DNA from: Eledone cirrhosa
Lineage: Eukaryota
Length of the DNA: 64,000 bases
Assembly: GCA_964016885.1 (NCBI GenBank)
Contig: OZ024741.1
Span: forward strand, 102,486,001-102,550,000
Direction: 5' to 3'
Made by a program: the position numbers and the translations under genes. Positions within the stretch are counted from its first letter, which is position 1. Each line of letters opens with the position of its first letter. This document shows positions 54,960 through 64,000 of the stretch, in pieces. The notes beneath the pieces were generated by a model, which saw only the letters and a list, made by a program, of their open reading frames with translations, had not been told where the DNA came from and did no database searches.

Positions 54960-56550
54960 AGTGCGAGGGTTAGTGGTGGTGTGTGGATAGTGTGAGTGCG
55001 TGATAGGGGAGGGGGGTGGGGGTGTTAGTATTTTTAGTGGAGGGAGGGTGGTCGTGGGTGAGGTGGGGGTGTTAGTATTGTTAGTTGTGGGGTGGGCAGT
55101 GAAAAGGAGGAGTGTGTTAGTTGTGTTAGTGGGGGATATGTGTGTGTGTGTGGGGGGGGGGGAACTGGGCGGTCGAAGGCTAAAGGAATAGGGGTGGGGA
55201 GTTCAGGCCGAGGGGGGTGGGGGTCTGCAGGGTGAAGATGGTGCGTTGTTCGACCCTGAGGCAGGTGGCGGTTGTTCCGTGGCATTGGAGTAGGTCACAG
55301 ACTGTGGGGTGGTGCGCGGAATGTCCAGGGGAGCCAAAGTGGCGGGCGATGGGGGAACCCCCGCCGAGACGAATATCCCGGAGGTGTTCAGTGAAACGGT
55401 TCGCCAGGCGACGTCCAATCTGTCCGACGTAGGTTGCGCCACACTCCGTGCAGCGAAGTCCATAGACTAGGTTGGAGCAGGTGCAGCGGAAGGCGTGCCG
55501 GACAGAGTGAGAGTGGCCGTTGGAACCCTGAAAGGTGGTGGTGTTGATGATGTGGGGGCAGGTGTTGCAACGAGGCCTGGAACAGGGAAGGGAACAGGGG
55601 GGGGGGGGCTGCGGACGAGGAGAGGGCGGAGATTGCGTGAGCGTTTGAAGGAGGGGAGTGGTGGGGATTGGAAGATGTGGGAGGTGGAAGGGTCGCACTA
55701 GAGGCGTCGGAAGAGGCGGAGGATGGTGCGGTCGAGGGGTAGGGTGGATGGGTGGTAGGTGATGGGGAAGGGGAGACGGTGGGTGGGTGTGCGATGGCGT
55801 GGGGTGAGGGTGGTGGGGTGAGGGTGGTGGGGCGGTGGATAGCACGGGCGCGAGTGAGCGCGGTGTGGACGAGGATGGGGGGGGGGTGTAACCTCTGCTG
55901 ATGAAATGGCTGACTAGGGTAAGGGCCTGGGACTCAAAGTCAGAATCTCGGCTGCAGAGGCGGCGGATCCTGAGGAGTTGGGAGTAGGGAATATAGTGTT
56001 TAGTGTGTGTAGGGTGGGAGGAGGTGAAGTCGAGGTAGGAGTGGGATGGGGTGGGTTTGAAGAAGGCGGAGGTGACGAGGGAGTGGTGGGAGGGGTCGAT
56101 GGCGACGGAGATGTCTAAGAAGTGGATGTGGGTGGTGGAGATAGAGGTGGTGAAGTGGAGGGAGGGGTGGAAGGAGCAGAAGAAGGAGAGAAATGAGTCG
56201 AGCTGTTCTCGGGTGAGGGTCGTGGCTCCGATACAGTCGTCGATGTAACGACCGTACAGTTCGGGCGTGGGGCCGATGTACTGGGCAAAGATTTGGGCCT
56301 CAACATGGCCAACGAAAAGGTTGGCATAGTTTGGGCCCATTCTTGTGCCCATGGCTACCCCCGTGACCTGTTGGTAAAACTCACCCGAGAAGGAGAAACG
56401 TTTGAGGGTGAGAACCAGCTCGGCGAGGCGAAGGAGGGTGGGGTGGAGGTGATGGGGGAGGAGCGAAGGTCGAGGTAGTGCTTAAGGGCACGTAGGCCGT
56501 CGGCGTGGTGGATGACAGTATAAAGCGACTTGATATCTAGGGTGAAGAGT
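54960..56550 (-). mobile_element. GC-rich Penelope-like element (RT C-half + GIY-YIG), 5'-truncated and frameshifted
   Basis: LFTLDIKSLYT, GVAMG..GPNYANLF, RYIDD, FLD, PC.RPRC.TC, NLVY..C..C...YVGQ..R.L..RF.EH and P.GLN motifs. Confidence 0.88.
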
Positions 56551-56820
56551 ATATATATGCTTTAATTCCTTTAAATCTCCATCAACACTCCTTCACTCCC
56601 TGTTGTCTTTTGTTTTCACCTGGACTGTATACTTCTCTGTGTTGTATCTATAATGTTTCATGTGAATCATAAATGTAATGTAATTTAAAAAAAAAAGAAA
56701 AAAAAAGTATGTATAAAATAGACTCTTTTATTAGAATTCTACAACAATGCAAATGGGACATTAACTATTAAAATTATGTTAATAAAGAGGTTTGTTATGT
56801 TAAAGGATGTTACTTAATAA

Positions 56821-57928
56821 TCTATATATATAAAACTGAGGTTGTCTGTCTGTCTATCGATTTTTGGCACACATCTCCTCTTAGAATCTCTCACGGAATT
56901 GCACCGAAATTGCTATACTTGTACGTTGAGCCCTAGCGAAGACATCGGAAAAAAATATTTCAAATTGACCCGCCCTATCTGACGAAATCGAATATAATGT
57001 ATCGATTTTTGAGCGTAAGTGATCAGTTATTTCCCTTTGTTCTGTTTACATTCAGCGTAGCGTCTTACGTTCTCTTTACATTTTCTGCGTGCAAAAATTA
57101 AAAAAATGATTTCCCTTTGTTCTGTTTACATTCAGCGTAGCATCTTACGTTCTGTTTACATTTTCTGCGTGCAAAAATTAAAAAAATTACGCTGGCAAAA
57201 ATTAAAAAAATTACGCTGGCTTTCTCAGCGTTTAAAATGACATTAACACAATACACGAACAGTTGTCGAGCCAGCAAAATTTTGACCTGCAAAATTCATC
57301 AGTTCGAACACTAAGCTTCCGTTTTGCTTCATTTCCATTTAAAAGCCTTTTAAAACAATATTTTTACTTGAAAACAAGTCTATTTAAAGACTACGTAAAA
57401 CAAGCAAATATTTCGTAAAAAAAAGCAAAAATTATATAAGTTTATTTAAAATATATGTATCTGTAAATTTCGTTAGGCGTGCAGAGAGGTGATATACGCG
57501 TGCAGACAGATAGTCGTGCAGAGAGGTGATATACGCGTGCAGACAGATAGTCGTGCAAAGAGGTGATATACGCGTGCAGACAGATAGTCGTGCAGAGAGG
57601 TGATATAGGCGTGCAGACAGACATAACTGATAATTTGGTTACGCTAATGTTTTTCTCTGCGTTGCAGTGTTTACATTTTCGATCTTTGTTAATAAATAAC
57701 CAGTGCAGTTTTTATCCCCAGCATCCTCTTTTGTTATAACATTCGGGTTATCGTTATGTTTTCTTAACTTCATAAGGCATATTGTTGGTTGAGGGAATAT
57801 TAATCAAAAACACCACAGGCAAGTCTGCACAGTAGACACTACAGTTTTTAAGCCAAAAAAGAAACTTAACATTGTAACTTTAACACAGCTACTGAGCGAC
57901 CCCGAGCAACGCCGGGCTTTACTGCTAG
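56821..57928 (+). mobile_element. Non-autonomous Helitron with internal minisatellites
   Basis: 5' A|TCTATATATATAAAA; 3' hairpin CCCGAGCAACGCCGGG then CTAG|T; 37-bp tandem x~4 (57479-57620) and an ~80-bp duplication (57029-57190). Confidence 0.8.
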
Positions 57929-58684
57929 TCTTTGATATTTTAAAAGACTTGAGGGTACAAATCTGGAGCAGAGTATTTTGGCGTGTTCGTATAAAACTAA
58001 GATTAAAGATATCTTGCTCTGATTTCGATTCCTCAAATCTTTTTTTGATGAAAGGATTTTATCTCAGAATATTAAACATAGTTAAACAACTCCAAGGTTA
58101 TATTCCAATATCTTTGTTAACATTATTTTTAACAGTCATTTCTGCATTTTACAAACTGCTTCAAGCAATCTACAATACTATGTATGTATGTATTTATGTA
58201 TGTATTTATGCATGTATATATGCATGTGTGTATGTGTGCATATATGTACGTATTTATGTAAGTATGTATGCATGTATGTATGTATGTATGTATGTACGTA
58301 TATATGTATGTATGTGTGTACGCATTTATGTATGTATTTATGTATTACGTATTTTTTAATATTAGCATATTTCTATACGAACGCCCATAACATATTCTTT
58401 CCACTCGAAACTCGAATGGTTTGTATTTGTGTCGGGTCGTGGGTAAAGATAGGCAGAACTATTAAAGTCAGAGGGTACATGTTAAACGGTATTTAGTACC
58501 AGCCCTCAATACAAATCCCACCCCAGGTGGGGGTCGATAAAACTAGTGCTACCGGTCATGTAATGACGTGGATTTTGCAATCGAGTTTATCAACACACCT
58601 TCACGTTTGAGTTTGTTGCAATAAGATATATCATCATGATCATCATGATCGGCATCATCGTCTCATCATCACTGTATATTTTGG

Positions 58685-58687
<3 letters not shown>

Positions 58688-58766
<79 letters not shown>

Positions 58767-58903
58767 GTATGTATATATATATATATATATGTATGTATAC
58801 GTATGCATGTGTGTGTATGTGTGTTTTCATGTGATGTGTGTGTATTTGTATACGTATATTATGTATGAATGTATGTATAAATGTGTGTATATATGTATAT
58901 ATG

Positions 58904-58995
<92 letters not shown>

Positions 58996-59054
58996 GATAG
59001 ATATATAGACAGATAGAGAGCGAGAGCGAGGGAGAAGGATAGAGAGATGGAGCA

Positions 59055-59117
<63 letters not shown>
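58688..59117. repeat. Compound (TA)n/(TATG)n/(GA)n microsatellite
   Basis: Direct inspection. Confidence 0.9.
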
Positions 59118-59119
<2 letters not shown>

Positions 59120-59532
59120 CACAGGGTAGTATATTTATTTCCTTTCGTGTAACTGTGGTTTTACTTGTAAACACAATAGCATGAAAAAATTGGAGAGAAG
59201 AGAAAAAGAAAACAAAAACAAGAACACAAACTTCAACAACTACGACGACGACGGTCACCACCACCACCACGACTATCGCTACTACTACTACCACCGCCCC
59301 ACCACCATACCACCAAAGCAACAACAATAAGAATAGCGTCAACGATAACACCTCAACAAAAATACTACAAATTTGAATTCTTTCTTTCTTTTGGGTGATA
59401 TAAACTGTCACGACAGTCGTGAAACAGGCCGGAAACCGTCTTTCGGCATACAATCGTTTTTAGATAAAAGATGTCATTTTGTTAAAGTGAAAAAAATCTT
59501 AAAAAGATAAATTAATAAATATTACAATTAGC

Positions 59533-59570
<38 letters not shown>

Positions 59571-59571
<1 letters not shown>

Positions 59572-59606
59572 TTTTCTTTATTAACCACAAGGGTTTACAT
59601 AAAGTA

Positions 59607-59608
<2 letters not shown>
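59571..59608 (-). mobile_element. 38-bp extreme 3' end of the Tx1 element inserted in (TAA)n
   Basis: 32-nt exact match to 10890-10921; pure AAT repeats on both sides. Confidence 0.85.
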
Positions 59609-59642
<34 letters not shown>

Positions 59643-59852
59643 TAACAACAACAATAATAATAATAGTAATAATAATAATAAAAGCAATTGTTTTGTTTTA
59701 ACTTTCATAACACTTGACTCTTATGACTTACTACACCGGGTAACCAAAATAAAATTATCTTTTATTTTGTGGAACCAATTCAGATAAATCTGTGAAGAGT
59801 TAGGTGTGGGTCTATGAGATTAAATTTAAGTATAACATAAACATTTATTTTA

Positions 59853-60170
59853 TGTAATAAAAGATCGATAAGTTTCAAAATGCCGATACCATGTGGTAGA
59901 AAAGGATAAAGGGCAAAGTATGACAAATAATACAAAACATAATAATGTTTTATCCAATATATTTCAGGGTTAAAACCCCCTTTTCAAATGTGAAGCAGAA
60001 ACTGTTCAAAATAAAAACAAATGATCGGTGCGTTCTTCCTCAACTGAAATACGCCCTGAAATATCACGCTGAAATATAATGGGTAAAACATTACTTTGTC
60101 ATCCTTTTCCCTTCATATTTTTGTACCACATTGTACCGACTTTTTAAAAGTTATCGGTCTTTTATTATAC
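59853..60170. mobile_element. Old fold-back PLE mini-insertion with degenerate U3-A8 HHR motif (59952-59991, minus)
   Basis: Diverged ~105-bp inverted arms; TTGAAAA-GGGGG..ACCCT-GAAAT-AT-ATT. Confidence 0.55.
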
Positions 60171-61326
60171 AATGCTTCGTATTAACTATACTATTATATT
60201 TATTTTATTTTATTTATATAATATTTCTGTAGTTTGAGGATGGGGGTCGTTTCTGTGATATTATTGTTATTCTTTATTTTGGTTTCAGTAATTTGATTGC
60301 GGCCATGCCATTGAGTGGTAGTTGTGGTAGTGTTGTTGTTATTGGTGGTGGTAGTGATTTAGTCGATCATATCGCCCCCAGTATATATTTTTACATGTGT
60401 GGTACATCTTTTCACGAACGTTTTTGTCGAGACGCAAATACACACACGATATTCCATACAATTAATATTTCATATAATTATTATCGATACAGTTATTATA
60501 ATGAATGATATGCTCATGAGATGCAGTAAAATTGCTTATAAAATAGGGTGCAGACGCTTAAAGATGGAAAAAGAAGTTGTTATCAGTTGCTATGAAAAAC
60601 CGATCTCCATATTTTCAGATACCAGCTAGGTATATAATAATTTTACATCTGGGAATAAGTGCCACACTATAAAGTTATGAATCAATCGGTCGATTTGGCG
60701 GAATCTTTAGAGCGCTAGGATAAAATACTTAGCGATATTTGCACTACTTCTCCACTATGTAGAATTAAATCACGGTGATGTCTACTTTGCAGTTCACCCT
60801 TTCCCGGTGCTATTGCAGACATCTTTAATTCTAGATATTTCATCCATTAGATTGCGCTGGTTCGTAAGTGAGAGGATAAAGAGGGTGTCTGGATATATTC
60901 CCGATTGCAAGGGAACCTAAAGCCATAGAATGACATGGTACATAGTATTAAGGCATCCTCGTTAATGAGTCACGATAATAGTTGGATATTGTTACCATTC
61001 TTTTTTCTTCTACTGTTTCAAACTGCTGTAAAAATGTTGCGTATTTGGCAACAAAAATCAGACTAACCTTACATATTTCCTCATTAATATTATAGAATTT
61101 ATCTGGCCTCTAACTATTGAGAATCTTAGTAATTAGTGGAGGTGTAAATTAATAATCAGGTGGCGTATCTTCACGTTTTACACAGGTGTAAACATTATTG
61201 AATTGTACAAGTGTATTGTCTATAATGATTAGTTTTTCGGATTTGTAAATGGCCTTAGGGAGATTTTTAGTTGTATTGGAAGAGTATTTTCGTACATATA
61301 TGTATATATACATACATATACGTATA

Positions 61327-61402
<76 letters not shown>

Positions 61403-61409
61403 CATATAC

Positions 61410-61468
<59 letters not shown>

Positions 61469-61471
<3 letters not shown>

Positions 61472-62461
61472 GGGTTGGACAAAATAATGGAAACACCTAG
61501 CATCATAGCATCATAATTTTGAAATATCTATAAAACCATTAAAAGCTTGTTTATTGTTATGTTTTTTGATTTATTATTAGTGTTGCTTAATATGTTTTGT
61601 TAAAATTGCTGTTTCTTTTCAGATATCATCAGAAAAAGGTAATTAAAATTCAGTAAAATGACAGATCTATCGGACTTTCAAAGAGGTCAAATTGTTGGTG
61701 CTCGTATGGCAGGCGCTAGCGTAACGAAAACAGCCGAAATGTTTGGTGTATCAAGAAGTACTGTCTCGAAAGTAATGACAGCTTTTGAGAAAGAGGGAAA
61801 AACCTCCTGATCGAAACAAAACTCCGGAAGAAAACCAAAACTTTCAGATAGGGACCGTCGGACTCTTACACGAATTGTTAGAAAGGATCACAAAAGTACA
61901 GCACCCAAAATTACTGCAGAGCTTAATGACCACCTCGAGAACCCAGTTTCCACAAAAACTGTTCGCCGGGAGCTGCACAAAGCCTGATTTCAGGGAGGGT
62001 TGCAATCAGAAAACCACTACTTTCAAAAACAAACGTTGCAAAGCGTTTAGAGTGGAGTAAAAACCTACACAATTGTAACCTAGAGCAGTGGAAAAATGTT
62101 ATTTTCTCGGACGAGTCATCCTTTACCTTATTTCGGACCACCGGCCGAATATAGGTGTGGAGACAGCCAAAAGAATCATTTGACCCAGACTGCCTTCTTC
62201 CAACTGTTAAACATGGAAGAGGATCTGTGATGATCGGGGGGAGGGGGCGGGAGTTATATCTTGGAAATCCGCCTGCCCAATGGTTTCCCTTCATGGCAGA
62301 ATTAATAGTCAAGACTATTTAAGCATTTTATCTGATCAAATTCATTCTATGGTTGCGGAACTCTTTCCGGGGGGAAACGCAATCTTTCAGGATGATAATG
62401 CACCAATTCACACAGCTAAAGTTGTTACTGAATGGCACGAGGAACATTCTAGTGAAGTTGA

Positions 62462-62463
<2 letters not shown>
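61469..62463 (+). mobile_element. Tc1-like DNA transposon, 3'-truncated; transposase pseudogene 61658-62463
   Basis: TA|CAGGGGTTGGACAAAATAATGGAAACAC TIR; HTH region, GRKPK, VIFSDES, PTVKHG.GSVM and FQDDNAPIH (first two catalytic Asp); internal stops. Confidence 0.9.
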
Positions 62464-62491
<28 letters not shown>

Positions 62492-62499
<8 letters not shown>

Positions 62500-62750
62500 A
62501 GAAAAAAGAGAATCAGTGTTGCGACGAAAGGAATTTATTGGACATATTACAAATGTTTCTTGAACGATCAGCTCGAGGCACGATCGATATGGTGATCATA
62601 CCTGACTCTGAAATCAACACGGTCGTCAGATATGTCTCGATTCTACGAAGCAGATGTTCTTATAGTCCTTTAACATCGAATTTTTTCGATGTAATGTGTC
62701 CAATAAATTCCTTTCGTCGCAACACTGATTCTCTTTTTTCTGTGATATAT
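62492..62750 (-). mobile_element. Fold-back PLE cassette (~58-bp arms) with HHR motif 62541-62636
   Basis: GACATAT-CTGACGA...GAAAC-ATTT-GTA-ATATGTC (7-bp stem I); arms 62492-62550 / 62690-62748. Confidence 0.75.
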
Positions 62751-62850
62751 AAGGAACGATCGACTTTCGTCAAATCGGACCGAGGGAACAATGTTTCCGT
62801 TGGTCTTTCCAATTGCTAATTCTATCTATCGGTCGCAACTCCAGGTAGAA

Positions 62851-62966
62851 GGAGCAACGTGAAATAAAGTGTCTTGCTCAAGGACATAACGCATCGCCTG
62901 GTCCAAGAATCGAACTCACAACCTTACGATTGCGAATCCAATTCTCTAACCACTCAGCCACACGCC
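62851..62966 (-). mobile_element. tRNA-head CORE-type SINE fragment
   Basis: TGGCTGAGTGG, GAGTTCGATTC and CCTTGAGCAAGACACTTTATTTCACGTTGCTCC motifs. Confidence 0.75.
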
Positions 62967-63054
62967 TTCACTGTGATATATATATATATATATATATATA
63001 ATTATACATATAGATATATATGTGTATATATATATATACAAATATGTATATATA

Positions 63055-63090
<36 letters not shown>

Positions 63091-63095
63091 TACAA

Positions 63096-63245
<150 letters not shown>

Positions 63246-63251
63246 TATATA

Positions 63252-63478
63252 TATATCACAGAAAAAAGAGAATCAGTGTTGCGACGAAAGGAATTTATTG
63301 GACACATTACATCGAAAAAATTCGATGTTAAAGGACTATAAGAACATCTGCTTCGTAGAATCGAGACATATCTGACGACCGTGTTGATTTCAGAGTCAGG
63401 TATGATCACCATATCGATCGTGCCTCGAGCTGATCGTCCAAGAAACATTTGTAATATGTCCAATAAATTCCTTTCGTC
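63252..63478 (+). mobile_element. Inverted second copy of the 62492-62750 cassette; HHR motif 63365-63460
   Basis: Near-exact reverse complement of 62523-62750, including its internal junction. Confidence 0.8.
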
Positions 63479-63537
63479 TTGAGGGCTTATACGGCCTACT
63501 GCATACGGATGCTTCAAGCATCCAACACTAATTATAT

Positions 63538-63582
<45 letters not shown>

Positions 63583-63619
63583 GTATGTAAGTATAATTAT
63601 ACATATATATATATGTATA

Positions 63620-63673
<54 letters not shown>

Positions 63674-63753
63674 AATATGTATGTATATATATATATATAT
63701 GCATATATATATATATATATATATACAAATATGTATGTATATATATATATATA

Positions 63754-63789
<36 letters not shown>

Positions 63790-63925
63790 TGTAGGTGTGT
63801 GACTCAGTGGTTAGGGCGATGGGCTTACGATCCTGAGGTTATGAGTTCGATTCCCGGATCGGGTGGTGGGTTGTCAGCAAGGCACATTATTTCTTGTAGC
63901 TCCAGTTCACTCAGCTGTAGAAATA
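63790..63925 (+). mobile_element. tRNA-head CORE-type SINE
   Basis: TGACTCAGTGG, GAGTTCGATTCC and AGCAAGGCAC...GCTCCAGTTCACTCAGCTG motifs. Confidence 0.7.
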
Positions 63926-64000
63926 TGTTGCGTTGTCACTGGTGCCAAGATTTATCGCATTTGGATTGCCCTTGAACAAAAGTGGTGGTGGGAGATGGGG

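Noticed and set aside
63790-63860. tRNA genes (also 62900-62966)
   Set aside because: A/B boxes are present but there is no good cloverleaf, and the sequence continues into a SINE core.

Overview
AT-rich animal (eukaryotic) DNA, probably intronic or intergenic. The SINE families and extreme microsatellite density suggest an octopus/cephalopod (inference, not confirmed). No host protein-coding gene is confidently identified. The window is a mosaic of microsatellites and transposable elements. These include: one near-intact Tx1/L1-clade LINE (ORF1 intact; ORF2 broken by a single 1-nt deletion) plus fragments; four R4/Dong-like LINE pieces with a restriction-like endonuclease (RLE); several RTE-like LINE 3' ends carrying three C2H2 fingers, plus bipartite non-autonomous derivatives; three coding Penelope-like elements (PLEs); tRNA-head SINEs; a non-autonomous Helitron; a truncated Tc1; and a MITE. 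Two patterns stand out. (1) More than 20 hammerhead-ribozyme (HHR) motifs from many PLE families, including U3-A8 covariant cores, an almost naked ribozyme insertion, and many fold-back (inverted pLTR) mini-insertions sitting in (TA)n. (2) Microsatellite niche partitioning: PLEs in (TA)n, Tx1 and Dong in (TAA)n, RTE and RLE elements in (TATG)n on opposite strands, and a sister Tx1 in (CTAT)n, with 30-40 bp 3'-end micro-insertions as footprints. All coordinates and folds were read by eye.
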